Shown here: positions 54,226-64,000 of the stretch, piece by piece
How the letters are laid out: each line of letters opens with the position of its first letter
How positions within the stretch are numbered: position 1 is the stretch's first letter
Assembly (NCBI GenBank): GCA_964420555.1
Contig: CAYQTT010000005.1
Span: forward strand, 151,613 to 215,612
Reading direction: 5' to 3'
DNA from: an uncultured Lentimicrobiaceae bacterium
Lineage (GTDB): Bacteria; Bacteroidota; Bacteroidia; Bacteroidales; UBA4417
DNA length: 64,000 nucleotides
Translations under genes and position numbers: made by a program
Notes under the pieces: generated by a model
Told to the model about the DNA's origin: nothing
Databases searched by the model: none
Seen by the model: only the letters and a program-made list of their open reading frames with translations

Positions 54226-55902
54226 GTGATTTCATTTCCGAAAAATATAAAGTTAGTGGTTGTGGTAGTATTTTTACTGGCACAACACTTCTCTTTTTGC
54301 CAGGAAAAAGCCGTAGTCGATTCATTAATGCTTCAGTTAAAAGCAGCCGGAAGTGATTCGTCTAAAATATATACCAACATTGAGTTATCCCGCTTTTATT
54401 TAACTTCCGATTTATCAAAAGCCCTGGAGTATGCCGAAAATGCAGTTGAACTGGCTGAGAAAACGGAAAATTCAGAAATGCTATCTAAATCACTCAATAA
54501 TATTGGCAACGTTTGTTTTAACCAGGGATTTTTCGAACTTGCGTTAACGCATTATTACCGGAACCTCGAAATCCAAAAGTCGCTTGGGAATGAAAAAGGA
54601 ATAGCATCGGCACTTATCAATATAGGGGCCATAAGCCTGAATATGAGTAATTTTGAACAGGCAAAAGATAAATTCGCCGAGGCATTAAAAACATTTAAAG
54701 AACTTGAGCGCAAATTGGGGGCTAAAAAATACAGTGTCGAAATAATAACGATTTATAACAACCTGGGTATAGCCTGCCAGAATCTGAAAGAGTATAAACA
54801 AGCGGAAATTTATTACCAAACAGGCATTGATCTGGCACGAAAGGCTGTAGATAATACGAGCCTTCTGGCAAACCTGTTGAATAATATTGCCAGCCTACTC
54901 CTTAATCAAAATCAACCGGATGAAGCTTATGGGCCTATAAATGAAGCCCTTGATATCCGTTTACGGATTGGTGATAAAAATGGTCAGGCTCAGTCGTACC
55001 GCACATTTGCTGCTTATTATATTGAAAAAGGAAACCCGGATAAAACGCTCGAATACCTTTATAAAGGATATGACCTGGCACTGGCCATCGGCAATATTTC
55101 GCTGCAATCGTTCCTGGTGAACAAATTATTTATCGAGTACGACAAGATGGGTAAATCGGATTCGGCTTTAAAGTATCATATTATCCTTACTTCGCTCGAA
55201 GCCGAAATGAATAATCAGGAAACTCAGCGCGAGCTTACACGGATCGAACTTACAGCCCAGTTTAAAGAAAGGGAACAACTCAGGGAACTGGAACAAAAGA
55301 AAAAGGAAAACCGTTACCTGGTAGTTGGTATTGGGCTAATAGTTTCGATGGCTATTTTAGGTCTATTGTTTTTGCTGTCGCAAAACCGCTTGAAACGCAT
55401 GAGGCTTCAAAAGGATATTATTGACCTGGCTTCGAAAAACCTTGCACTCGAAAAAGCTGCTCTCGAAAAAGAATTGGATCTGCGAAACAAGGAACTTACT
55501 ACCAACGTGATGTACCTGGTGCAAAAAAACGAATACATCACTGATATCGCCGAACAGGTAATTTCCATAAAAAAATACATTCCCGAAAGCGACAGCCATG
55601 TAGTTGACAGGCTCATATACGATCTGAAATCGAACCGCGACGATAAAATCTGGAAGGAATTCGAAATACGGTTTCAGGAAGTACACCAGGATTTTTATTC
55701 GAGGCTCAATGAGCAGTTTCCTGATCTTACTCCCAACGAAAAAAAACTGGCTGCTTTTCTGCGGCTTAATATGACCACAAAAGATATTTCTGCAATAACT
55801 TTTCAATTGCCCGACAGTATAAAAACGGCTCGTTCGCGGCTGCGTAAAAAACTCGGATTGCCGCAGGAAGCCAATATTATTGCTTTTCTCGAGAGTATTT
55901 GA
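54226..55902 (+). CDS. TPR-repeat, single-TM, LuxR/GerE-type HTH transcriptional regulator
   Basis: 558 aa with a GTG start. It has multiple TPR-like repeats, a TM (YLVVGIGLIVSMAILGLLFLL), a coiled coil and a C-terminal LTPNEKKLAAFLRLNMTTKDISAITFQLPDSIKTARSRLRKKLGL. Confidence 0.7.
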   Translation: MISFPKNIKLVVVVVFLLAQHFSFCQEKAVVDSLMLQLKAAGSDSSKIYTNIELSRFYLTSDLSKALEYAENAVELAEKTENSEMLSKSLNNIGNVCFNQGFFELALTHYYRNLEIQKSLGNEKGIASALINIGAISLNMSNFEQAKDKFAEALKTFKELERKLGAKKYSVEIITIYNNLGIACQNLKEYKQAEIYYQTGIDLARKAVDNTSLLANLLNNIASLLLNQNQPDEAYGPINEALDIRLRIGDKNGQAQSYRTFAAYYIEKGNPDKTLEYLYKGYDLALAIGNISLQSFLVNKLFIEYDKMGKSDSALKYHIILTSLEAEMNNQETQRELTRIELTAQFKEREQLRELEQKKKENRYLVVGIGLIVSMAILGLLFLLSQNRLKRMRLQKDIIDLASKNLALEKAALEKELDLRNKELTTNVMYLVQKNEYITDIAEQVISIKKYIPESDSHVVDRLIYDLKSNRDDKIWKEFEIRFQEVHQDFYSRLNEQFPDLTPNEKKLAAFLRLNMTTKDISAITFQLPDSIKTARSRLRKKLGLPQEANIIAFLESI

Positions 55903-56062
55903 TTCAGATTGGATGCTATATCAGATAGATTTTAAAATTGACATATATAAATGATTTACAGAATATTAGCGTGAATAGCATATTCAGATTTTAAATTTTA
56001 TTTTCATTGTCCACCTTTTGTAACCCCTATTTTTCACGGTAAGTGATTGTTCGTAATTACTT

Positions 56063-56269
56063 TTGGTGCTGACTTATTTTTCTGCCCTCATGAAGCTATG
56101 CAAAAAGGAAAAAGAGCCACAGGTTCCTGAAGAGCACAATCTGTTCCTGCAACGCTTACGCGACGAAAATAACGCACTCATCAAACTTATCAAACAACTG
56201 GAGGAACGTGATTCTTCAAAATCGAAACCATCAGATAACCAAACTCAGGAAGGTTCAACCACAGGATAA
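56063..56269 (+). CDS. Small hypothetical coiled-coil protein (doubtful)
   Basis: 68-aa ORF in a 454-bp spacer. There is no supporting motif. Confidence 0.2.
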   Translation: MVLTYFSALMKLCKKEKEPQVPEEHNLFLQRLRDENNALIKLIKQLEERDSSKSKPSDNQTQEGSTTG

Positions 56270-56356
56270 TACCGGTTTTTTGAAAAATCGGTTAAGTAAA
56301 ATCTAATCATCATATAATTTGTTTCATTAAAAAACACAAACCAAAAATCAATAGCT

Positions 56357-59236
56357 ATGAGAATTACTTTACTTTTTTCATTTTTGTTTGCCTCGTTATT
56401 TGTTGCAGGTCAGGCAATTGTTTCGCCCGACAGCACTTTTAACGGTACAGGCCGCAACATTTTTTCAGTTGGTGGAACGCTTGATTTTGGCGACAACATC
56501 GCCCTTCAGCCTGATGGCAAAATAATAATGACAGGTGCCAGTATGAACCTTGGCGGTACCGTTAGCCTTGGAGTGGCCCGTTTAAATGCCAATGGAAGTT
56601 TCGACAATACCTTTGGAACTGCAGGCGTTTCTCTGGTTGATCTGGGTGGAATGCCATCACAGGGAGGGTTTGAACCTGAAATAGTGATTCAGCCCGACGG
56701 TAAAATCCTTATTTGCGGATACGGATGGAATGCATCCGATGACGATATGTTTGTTTGCCGCCTATTACCCGGAGGAAGTCTTGATCCTGCTTTCGGAACA
56801 GGAGGAATAGTGTATGCCAACCTGTCTGTTGTTGGTCAGCCCGATGCAGCTTATACCATTACAACTGATGCAGCCGGAAATATTTATGCCTGTGGTTCAA
56901 CACGTACCGGCGCAACTCCTATGACCAACGATTTAGCAATAATAAAACTTACCCCCTCCGGTGCTTTTGACCCTTCATTCTCGGGCGATGGTAAACTGCT
57001 GCTCGATTTAGGTGGTTCCTGGGACTTCGGTTATGGTATTGCCGTGAAAGCTGACGGGAAAATAATTATTGGCGGATATAGTAATATTCCTGCTGATTTT
57101 TTTGCTGTAAGGTTGTTACCTGATGGCAGTTACGACCCATCTTTCGGTACAGGCGGTAAAACCCTTGTAGATATTACAGGCAACAATGTAGCTGATGAAT
57201 GCTGGGGCATGACTTTAACCCCTGATGGAAAAATCGTTATGGTTGGTGATGCTTATGAATCGACCAGTGGTGCATTTGTTGCCGCTGTTGTGCGCTTAAC
57301 AGCTTCCGGTGCTCCTGATGTAACATTTGGAGGCGATGGAATAGCAACATTTGCTGTATCAACTGAATTAGCCGTTATGCGAAACGTAATTGTACAGGCT
57401 GACGGCAAATACGTAATAAGCGGCAACGCAAAAATGAATGGTAATGATGATTTTGCAGTACTGATGGTAAATCCGGATGGAACTCTGGATAATGCCTTTA
57501 ACGCAACCGGAATTTATACATTGAATGTTTCAGCACAACCAAAAGGCGACATCGGGTATGGCCTGGCTTTACAACCTGATGGAAAAATACTTCTTTCGGG
57601 AAACACCCAGATGTCGGAATTCGTAAACGAAAAATATTCTGTTGTTCGCATTAAAGCCAAAGAAGTAACAGCTGCTTTCAACGCTTCAGCATCATTGGTT
57701 TGCAATGGACAACAAGTTCAGTTTACCAATAATTCACTGGGTAATAACCTTACCTATCTCTGGACTTTCGAAGGTGGAACCCCTGCGACATCTACTCTTC
57801 AAAACCCTGTTGTATCATACAGCACACCAGGCATTTTTGATGTAAAACTTGTTGCCAGCAACGGTACGGTTTCCGATTCAATTACCAAATTCGATTTTAT
57901 TGAAGTTATAACAGTACCTGCTTCACCTGTAATGCCTTCTGGCTCAACAATATCGTGCGGAGGTCAAACCTATACTTACACAACTGTTGCCGTTACTTAT
58001 GCCAACTCATATTCGTGGTCGGTAACACCCACGGCAGCCGGTTTTATTTCTGGCAGTGGTATTACAGCTACTTTTTCAGCTTCAGCAACTTATTTGGGCC
58101 CTTACACGATCAAAGTGAACGCCACCGGACAATGCGGAACCAGTGCATGGTCGGGCGAACTGAGCTGCGAACTCAATCACATGCCGGCAATATTCATGAT
58201 TGAAGGCGATGGCTATTATTGTGAAGGTACAACTGGAGCCACTGTTACTCTTACCGGTTCCGAAACAGGTATTGATTACCAGCTTAATCTTGATAACCAG
58301 CCTGTGGGAACTGTAGTTACAGGAACAGGTTCAGCCCTGGTTTGGAACGATCTTACAACCGAAGGATTTTATTCGGTATCTGCCATTGATGTGCCATGTA
58401 CACAACAAATGGCCGGACAGGTTTATGTTTTGATGATAAATGCGCCTCAACAGCCTGAAACACCTATCGGAAGCAGCAATGTTTGTAACACTTCCACTAC
58501 AACGTACACAACGTTTAATGTTCCTTTAGCCAATACATATATATGGGGATTAACTCCTGCTAATTCAGGGACTCTGACCTCAAACGGAAATGAAGCGAGT
58601 ATCCAATGGTCTTCGGCATTTACCGGGACTGCTAATCTGGCTGTTTCAGCTACTAACGATTGTGGCAGCAGTGCTGTTTCGCCATCATTAACAATTACAG
58701 TAGATGATACCCCCGAGCCCGCTGTAACTGGTCTTGCCACTGTCTGCCAGAACTGGAATGCTGATTATGAAACAGTTGCTGTTACAGGAAGCTCTTACGT
58801 ATGGACTGCTACTGGTGGAACTATTGTTTCAGGAGCAGGAACTGCCTCTGTAAAAGTAAACTGGAATACTGCAGGAACAGGTACACTAAAAGTTGTCGAA
58901 ACTTCAGCTTCGAATTGTATAGGTACATCAGCTGTATTCAATGTGGCTGTTGATCCTTGTGTGGGTGTGAAAGAAGTATCAGTAGTTGAGTCTTTAAGCG
59001 TTTATCCTAACCCTGCTGAAAGTCAGATTACCGTGAAGCTGAGCGAGATGGCCGGCAACAACAGCCAGCTCAGGCTTATTGATGCTACAGGACGCGTGGT
59101 TGCAACTTTTGCTCTAAGCAATGGCACAAACCTCGTCGAAGCAATCGATATCAGCAACCTGAAAAGCGGTTTATATACTTTACTCTTTATTAATGAAGGG
59201 AAAGTGGTTTCGCAAACTAAAGTTGTAAAAAACTAA
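56357..59236 (+). CDS. Large secreted delta-60-repeat (beta-propeller) / PKD-like protein with T9SS C-terminal sorting domain
   Basis: 959 aa with a signal peptide and recurring D-x-x-FG-x-x-G repeats (DNTFGTAG, DPAFGTGG, DPSFGTGG, DVTFGGDG). The C-terminus (LSVYPNPAESQITVKL...SGLYTLLFINEGKVVSQTKVVKN) is T9SS CTD-like. Confidence 0.75.
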   Translation: MRITLLFSFLFASLFVAGQAIVSPDSTFNGTGRNIFSVGGTLDFGDNIALQPDGKIIMTGASMNLGGTVSLGVARLNANGSFDNTFGTAGVSLVDLGGMPSQGGFEPEIVIQPDGKILICGYGWNASDDDMFVCRLLPGGSLDPAFGTGGIVYANLSVVGQPDAAYTITTDAAGNIYACGSTRTGATPMTNDLAIIKLTPSGAFDPSFSGDGKLLLDLGGSWDFGYGIAVKADGKIIIGGYSNIPADFFAVRLLPDGSYDPSFGTGGKTLVDITGNNVADECWGMTLTPDGKIVMVGDAYESTSGAFVAAVVRLTASGAPDVTFGGDGIATFAVSTELAVMRNVIVQADGKYVISGNAKMNGNDDFAVLMVNPDGTLDNAFNATGIYTLNVSAQPKGDIGYGLALQPDGKILLSGNTQMSEFVNEKYSVVRIKAKEVTAAFNASASLVCNGQQVQFTNNSLGNNLTYLWTFEGGTPATSTLQNPVVSYSTPGIFDVKLVASNGTVSDSITKFDFIEVITVPASPVMPSGSTISCGGQTYTYTTVAVTYANSYSWSVTPTAAGFISGSGITATFSASATYLGPYTIKVNATGQCGTSAWSGELSCELNHMPAIFMIEGDGYYCEGTTGATVTLTGSETGIDYQLNLDNQPVGTVVTGTGSALVWNDLTTEGFYSVSAIDVPCTQQMAGQVYVLMINAPQQPETPIGSSNVCNTSTTTYTTFNVPLANTYIWGLTPANSGTLTSNGNEASIQWSSAFTGTANLAVSATNDCGSSAVSPSLTITVDDTPEPAVTGLATVCQNWNADYETVAVTGSSYVWTATGGTIVSGAGTASVKVNWNTAGTGTLKVVETSASNCIGTSAVFNVAVDPCVGVKEVSVVESLSVYPNPAESQITVKLSEMAGNNSQLRLIDATGRVVATFALSNGTNLVEAIDISNLKSGLYTLLFINEGKVVSQTKVVKN

Positions 59237-59276
59237 AAGTTGTATAACTGATAAAAGTAGTGTTTAATTGAAGTTA

Positions 59277-59318
59277 CGTCCCGTTGCTGCTGTAAAGCAG
59301 GACGGGGCGTTTTATTTA
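59277..59318 (+). terminator. Intrinsic terminator
   Basis: CGTCCCGTtgCTGC pairs with GCAGgACGGGGCG (one G-U pair). TTTTATTT follows. Confidence 0.7.
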
Positions 59319-59354
59319 TCAGGATTTTTCTGAAATCGGTGTGTAGAAAGCTTA

Positions 59355-61316
59355 TTAAACTATCGTCCTCCCCAACTGCCCGCCATCAATAAGGTTGGCA
59401 ATGCGCTTGGCATTGATAAATTGTTTTAACAACATGTCAATTTCGGCATCGGTTTCCGATTTTTTTATCTGCTCGCCCAGCTCTTTTAGAATCTGCCGTA
59501 CGCGTTTCGATTTAAATGATAATATTGAATTAGGTATAAGGAAATCAAGTACTTCGTGCTCCTGAAGCAGGCGTATTTTACGTTTCTCCCAGTTAGGACT
59601 GAATGTGTATTTTGTGGCGATCAGGTCGATAACCGGGCCCGAAACTGCATTGTCGGGATGATTGGTAAGTTTGCGGTAATCGATATCCGGATTGTTTTTG
59701 AGCTCATTAACGCAGGTATCAAAAATCTGCTGATATTGTTTGTTGCTGAAATCGAGTTCGTCAGCCGAAATATCATTAATAATAAAACTGGCAGCTTTCA
59801 CCTTATTCTTAGTCTCTTCACCACTTTCAGGATTTTTATAGGTTGTTTCAATTTCCACATCACCGAAGAGCAATAATTGCCTGATAATCTCTTTTTCAAT
59901 ATCATCGGTACTAAGTGCATCGAATGCTTCCTCTTGTTGTTCGGCAGGCTCAGGGGCAAAAAGGTTGTCGAGTTCTTCGGCTTCGGTAGGAGTGGAGCCC
60001 GATTTTTGGGTAAATTTCTTTCGCAGCAGCTTGTTGAGCTCATTCAGAATGGCTTTTTCGTCCATCTGCATACGGTCGGCGCTCTCTTTTACATAAGCCA
60101 GGCGGGTAAGCTGATCGGGAATAAGTGAAATGCTTTCGATAAAATCTTTCAGCACAGCAACACGTTTCAAAGGATCGCGGCCGGTTTCACTTAGTAAAAG
60201 ATCTATTTTGAAATGGATAAAATCCTTGGCATTCTGCTGTATAAACTCCTGTACTTCAGCGCCCCGGCGTGTGCGGGCATAGGAATCAGGGTCTTCACCA
60301 TCAGGAAACAAAACTACTTTTACATTCATTCCCTGCTCCAGTATCATATCGATACCGCGAAACGATGCTTTAATACCGGCTGGGTCGCCATCGTAAAGAA
60401 TGGTAATATTGGGAGTGTACCGCTTTATCAACCTGATCTGATCGGCAGTAAGCGAAGTACCTGATGAGGAAACCACATTCTGCACCCCGGCGCGGTACAT
60501 CGAAATAACATCGGTGTATCCTTCGACCAGGAAACACATGTCGTTGGCGGCAATGGCATGTTTGGCAAAGAAAATGCCATACAAAACCTTGCTTTTGTTA
60601 TAAATTTCGCTTTCGGGCGAGTTCACGTATTTCGGACGGGTTTTATCCGGGCTCATGATGCGGCCGCCAAAACCGATAACTTTCCCGGCCTGGCTGTGAA
60701 TGGGGAACATCACCCTTCCGCGGAAACGGTCGTAAAGCCTGCCGTCCTTATTAATGCTCAAACCTGATTTTTCGAGCATTTCGGTGCTAAAGCCGTTTTT
60801 TATGGCATGTTTGCTGAACGAGTCCCACTCCTCGGGACTATATCCCAGCTGAAATTCGCGTATAGTATCGTCGCTGAAACTTCGCCCGTGGAAATACGAT
60901 AAGCCAACAGAAAGACCTTCGTCAGTATTAAAGAGCTGATCGGCGAAAAATTTAGCTGCAAAATCGGTTACGGCCATCAGACCTTCGCGGGCACTTTTAT
61001 CGGCCATTTGTTCGGCTGTTTCGGCCTCTTCCTGGATATCGATATGGTACTTTTTAGCCAGGTAGCGGAGCGCTTCAGGATAGGTGAATTTTTCGTGTTC
61101 CATCACAAAATTCACTGAATTACCCGCTTTGCCGCAGCCAAAACATTTGTAAATCCCCTTGCTTGGCGAAACATGAAACGAAGGAGTACGCTCATTATGA
61201 AAAGGGCACAATCCTGTAAAGTTGCTTCCACGCCGTTTTAAAGCCACAAAATCGCCAACCACTTCCTCTACGCGGGCGGCATCAAAAATCTGCGATATGG
61301 TATCGTGAGGAATCAA
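59355..61316 (-). CDS. dnaG: DNA primase
   Basis: Zinc ribbon CPFHNERTPSFHVSPSKGIYKCFGCGKAG and TOPRIM motifs (EGYTDV, DGDPAG). I propose a TTG start at 61316, giving (M)IPHDTISQI. The track ORF reaching 61568 is an unstopped extension that overlaps the divergent lipoprotein gene. Confidence 0.8.
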   Translation of the reverse strand: MIPHDTISQIFDAARVEEVVGDFVALKRRGSNFTGLCPFHNERTPSFHVSPSKGIYKCFGCGKAGNSVNFVMEHEKFTYPEALRYLAKKYHIDIQEEAETAEQMADKSAREGLMAVTDFAAKFFADQLFNTDEGLSVGLSYFHGRSFSDDTIREFQLGYSPEEWDSFSKHAIKNGFSTEMLEKSGLSINKDGRLYDRFRGRVMFPIHSQAGKVIGFGGRIMSPDKTRPKYVNSPESEIYNKSKVLYGIFFAKHAIAANDMCFLVEGYTDVISMYRAGVQNVVSSSGTSLTADQIRLIKRYTPNITILYDGDPAGIKASFRGIDMILEQGMNVKVVLFPDGEDPDSYARTRRGAEVQEFIQQNAKDFIHFKIDLLLSETGRDPLKRVAVLKDFIESISLIPDQLTRLAYVKESADRMQMDEKAILNELNKLLRKKFTQKSGSTPTEAEELDNLFAPEPAEQQEEAFDALSTDDIEKEIIRQLLLFGDVEIETTYKNPESGEETKNKVKAASFIINDISADELDFSNKQYQQIFDTCVNELKNNPDIDYRKLTNHPDNAVSGPVIDLIATKYTFSPNWEKRKIRLLQEHEVLDFLIPNSILSFKSKRVRQILKELGEQIKKSETDAEIDMLLKQFINAKRIANLIDGGQLGRTIV

Positions 61317-61501
61317 GGTTTTGGGGAATGGTTTAGGATATGCAAAATAACGAAAAAAAAGGGACAGCAGGAAGGAATAGTAATTTTGAAGAGCTGTTTG
61401 AAGCAATATATTTTTATTCGGAAATTTGAATAAAGTGTAAACAATTACTTGAAAAAATCGTTTAATAGCAGGTTTTTTAAAAAATATAGCAATACTTGAA
61501 T

Positions 61502-62059
61502 ATGAAAAAGAACTTTCCTGGTGCCTTTCTGCTTGCCATGGTAGGCGTAATTTTCTCAATTTCATCATGCGAACTTGCGGAACAGCTCGACCCTGAATCT
61601 GATTCAGAAAAGAATGTAAAGATTTTTACCAAAGGAGTGTGGAACGTTGACACACTGAATACAAAAACTGATCTTTACAATGCAGGTATCAGTTCTATTA
61701 CCAGCGACACAACTTACCTCAATTACGGGACTATCGAATTTCAGGATCCTAACGCCGCAAATAATCCTGGTTACGGAGCAGGTTATATGATACACCGGTA
61801 TACACTTAACAATGAAAGCCATATCGATACACTTGCCTGGGTGCCTTATAATTTCAGTTCAGTAGGACAGGAAGGAGTAATTACCATTTTTATTTCAGAG
61901 CCCGGTAAGGATAAAGTTGTGGGGGCATCAGATATGTACCTCGATCTGAATGTGAGAGAAGATAAAAAAGTGAAATTCTCGGGCTGGCGCCGTGTAACAA
62001 TTTATGGAGGGTCAGGCGGAAGTTACGGATGGTACAGAAGTTATTCACTCTCGAGGTAA
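61502..62059 (+). CDS. Lipoprotein of unknown function
   Basis: The ATG at 61502 gives MKKNFPGAFLLAMVGVIFSISSC, ending in a lipobox Cys. Confidence 0.55.
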   Translation: MKKNFPGAFLLAMVGVIFSISSCELAEQLDPESDSEKNVKIFTKGVWNVDTLNTKTDLYNAGISSITSDTTYLNYGTIEFQDPNAANNPGYGAGYMIHRYTLNNESHIDTLAWVPYNFSSVGQEGVITIFISEPGKDKVVGASDMYLDLNVREDKKVKFSGWRRVTIYGGSGGSYGWYRSYSLSR

Positions 62060-62110
62060 AGAAACTCAGGATTTTGGCATCTGAATAATGTGATTGAAAT
62101 AGTGTAGGAT

Positions 62111-63052
62111 TTATTCAGAATCAACTTTTGCCAGTTTCATAATATTGGCTGGACAAGCAGGTTCTTCTGCAAAGAAATCCCTGCTTTTCCGTTGCGTAAT
62201 GGCCCAACGGTCGAGCCACGAAATGCCTCCTTTTTTAAAATACTGGTCTTCTGTTTTGTACAACTCATCCTGCAATGCGGTTTCGAGGTCAACAAAAAGG
62301 TACCCGTTTTTTACAAACATACTGAGAAGTTCGCCCATGAAATCGCTGTTTAGCGAATTGGCATGTATAAGTAATATCTGGCGGATATTCCTCCCGAACA
62401 GCTTTTCTGATTGCCCTTCGTAATATCTGAGCTTCAGTTCCATGTAGCGGATATACTCCGAGCCGATACTTTTTCTGAGATTTTCATCATTTGTTTTCAG
62501 AACGCTGTCGTAAGCAGCGGCAAAAATCCATTCGGCATTATCAATGGTTACGGGCGCTTCAATATATTGCCGGCCGCGAAGGTATTCAGCTAACGAATCG
62601 GCTTTTGCTTTGCTGTTTCCACGATGCAGGTAAGGATGCCTGAAATACTGCATTTTTTTGTTATACCCGGCCAGAAGATCATTTAGTAATGGCTCATTTT
62701 TTTCAATATCGTTGATGAAGTCATTGTAAGAAACATAATTGTAATCAGGATGAGAAAAAGTATGATTCCCCAGGTCGAATCCTTTATCGAGCCATATTTT
62801 CAGCAGATAGAACCGGAATGAATCCAATTGATCTTCAACGAAAACTTTCTCCATATTTACAAATCCGGTTGCCGGCACTTGCTTCATTTCCATTGCGTTG
62901 AGCAGGTTTACTGTTCGCAATTCCAACATGCTTTTCGACATGGAACCCATGCGCACAAACGGCAGATCATCAATACTAATAGCAACCATTTTCTGCTGGG
63001 CAAAAGAACTTGCAGCGATAACTAACAATATTAAACCGAGACTGAGCTTCAT
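62111..63052 (-). CDS. Polysaccharide deacetylase (NodB homology domain) family protein, secreted
   Basis: 313 aa with a signal peptide and the ISIDDLPF and NHTFSHPD motifs. Confidence 0.75.
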   Translation of the reverse strand: MKLSLGLILLVIAASSFAQQKMVAISIDDLPFVRMGSMSKSMLELRTVNLLNAMEMKQVPATGFVNMEKVFVEDQLDSFRFYLLKIWLDKGFDLGNHTFSHPDYNYVSYNDFINDIEKNEPLLNDLLAGYNKKMQYFRHPYLHRGNSKAKADSLAEYLRGRQYIEAPVTIDNAEWIFAAAYDSVLKTNDENLRKSIGSEYIRYMELKLRYYEGQSEKLFGRNIRQILLIHANSLNSDFMGELLSMFVKNGYLFVDLETALQDELYKTEDQYFKKGGISWLDRWAITQRKSRDFFAEEPACPANIMKLAKVDSE

Positions 63053-63189
63053 TTTTTCTTATATAATGTGTCTGCTTTCAAACAAGAAGGCTGGTTGTCA
63101 AAATTCGTTAAAAAGGAGTTTGAAAACAATTTTCAAAAAAATAGTTTACTTTTAAAGTAATTTCAACTCTCGTTCGTCTACCTGTTTAT

Positions 63190-63750
63190 ATGAACGATTT
63201 AATTGCATTACCAATGGCCCAGCGACAGCAAAGTATTATATATGCTGTTCAGAATTATGGGAAGCGCTTGTTCAGTTTTATTCGCAATCGCGTTAAAAAT
63301 GACCAGGACGCCGAAGATATTCTGCAGGATGTATGGTATCAGCTCAGTTCCATCATCGACACCGAACCAATTGAACAACTCAGTGCATGGCTTTTCCGTG
63401 TAAGTCGTAATAAGATTGTAGATAAAAAGCGGAAACAATCAACACTTTCGCTCGAAGATCTGGCATATGACGATGAAGACGGAGAAATGGGATTCACTGA
63501 TGCATTGCTTTCAGGAGGACTAAATCCGGAAGAAGAACTCGAAAATACTTTTCTCAAAGAAATGTTTTTCGAAACGCTCAGCGAATTGCCCGAAAAACAA
63601 AGGGAGGTGTTTGTGTTGAATGAACTGGAAGAAATGACCTTACAGGAAATTGCCGATAAAACGGGTGAAAGCATTAAAACGATCATATCGCGAAAGCGTT
63701 ACGCGGTTGCGCAGCTGCGGAAACGGCTTGAGAACATATACAACGAATAA
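63190..63750 (+). CDS. RNA polymerase ECF-type sigma-70 factor
   Basis: 186 aa with region 2 (DAEDILQDVWYQL ... WLFRVSRNKIVDKKRK) and region 4 (LPEKQREVFVLNELEEMTLQEIADKTGESIKTIISRKRYAVAQLRKRL). Confidence 0.85.
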   Translation: MNDLIALPMAQRQQSIIYAVQNYGKRLFSFIRNRVKNDQDAEDILQDVWYQLSSIIDTEPIEQLSAWLFRVSRNKIVDKKRKQSTLSLEDLAYDDEDGEMGFTDALLSGGLNPEEELENTFLKEMFFETLSELPEKQREVFVLNELEEMTLQEIADKTGESIKTIISRKRYAVAQLRKRLENIYNE

Positions 63751-63773
63751 TAACAATTTAAAACTTAGAAATC

Positions 63774-64000
63774 ATGATGTATTGCGGACATGAAAGGGGA
63801 CGAAATTTCTGGATCAAAAGAGCCATTTTTATCCCGATTGCAATAGCTGCCGGAGTATTTATTTTTGGAAGCGTGGTTATGCTCCTGTGGAATGCTTTAC
63901 TTCCGGCATTATTTGGAATAAGCACGGTAACCTTCTGGCAAGCCCTTGGTATTCTTGTTTTGTCGAAAATTTTATTCGGCGGATTCAAGAGTGGGCATAG
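63774..64000 (+). CDS. Membrane protein downstream of the ECF sigma gene (partial, runs off the window)
   Basis: My own translation is open to the window end: MMYCGHERGRNFWIKRAIFIPIAIAAGVFIFGSVVMLLWNALLPALFGISTVTFWQALGILVLSKILFGGFKSGH.., which contains two TM helices. Confidence 0.45.
   Translation, partial: MMYCGHERGRNFWIKRAIFIPIAIAAGVFIFGSVVMLLWNALLPALFGISTVTFWQALGILVLSKILFGGFKSGH

Noticed and set aside
1-64000. tRNA, rRNA, tmRNA, integrase and att sites
   Set aside because: I saw no T-loop or acceptor-type signatures, no rRNA-like conserved blocks, and no tyrosine or serine recombinase or DDE transposase ORF. The prophage insertion mechanism cannot be determined from this window.

Overview
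This window looks like a Bacteroidota chromosome segment, judged from T9SS C-terminal sorting domains, TAnnTTTG-type promoter boxes, lipoprotein-rich secretome genes and A-rich leaders without Shine-Dalgarno sequences. All calls come from reading the ORF translations and DNA by eye, with no database search.

Positions 1 to ~21.7 kb hold the right-hand part of a Mu/P2-like contractile-tailed prophage; its left part runs off the window.
- A minus-strand packaging arm carries terS, terL, portal and a MuF-like gene.
- It diverges at ~4.5 kb from a plus-strand arm: prohead protease/scaffold, major capsid, an embedded lysis cassette, sheath, tube, a frameshifted chaperone, tape measure, baseplate, fibres, two signal-peptide proteins, a membrane protein and a truncated Dam-like methyltransferase.
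- No integrase, transposase or att site is visible.

Positions ~21.9 to 64 kb are ordinary core genes: rsmI, tdk, pheS, pyk, rnc-fabF-acpP, purN, ptb-buk, dnaG, cyclophilins, peptidases, a desaturase, a DUF3857/transglutaminase pair, a TPR-LuxR regulator, T9SS cargo and an ECF sigma factor.

The least explained signals are non-coding:
- A ~75-nt three-stem element is present three times, with compensatory stem changes and exact 33-nt phasing to the next minus-strand ATG.
- A 143-bp nested-palindrome element is built from GTCCC-N3/4-GGGAC hairpins.
- Many intergenic 'word-stutter' islands share words (GACAAGGCGAGGGGC, GATTGA 9-mers, GAAAC words, heptads).
- A GC-rich hairpin, AGACGCGA-N3-TCGCGTCT, sits in the sense orientation in both prophage arms, with a palindromic relative in the host.
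- A 37-aa antisense hydrophobic ORF with a perfect TAnnTTTG box lies inside the tail operon.
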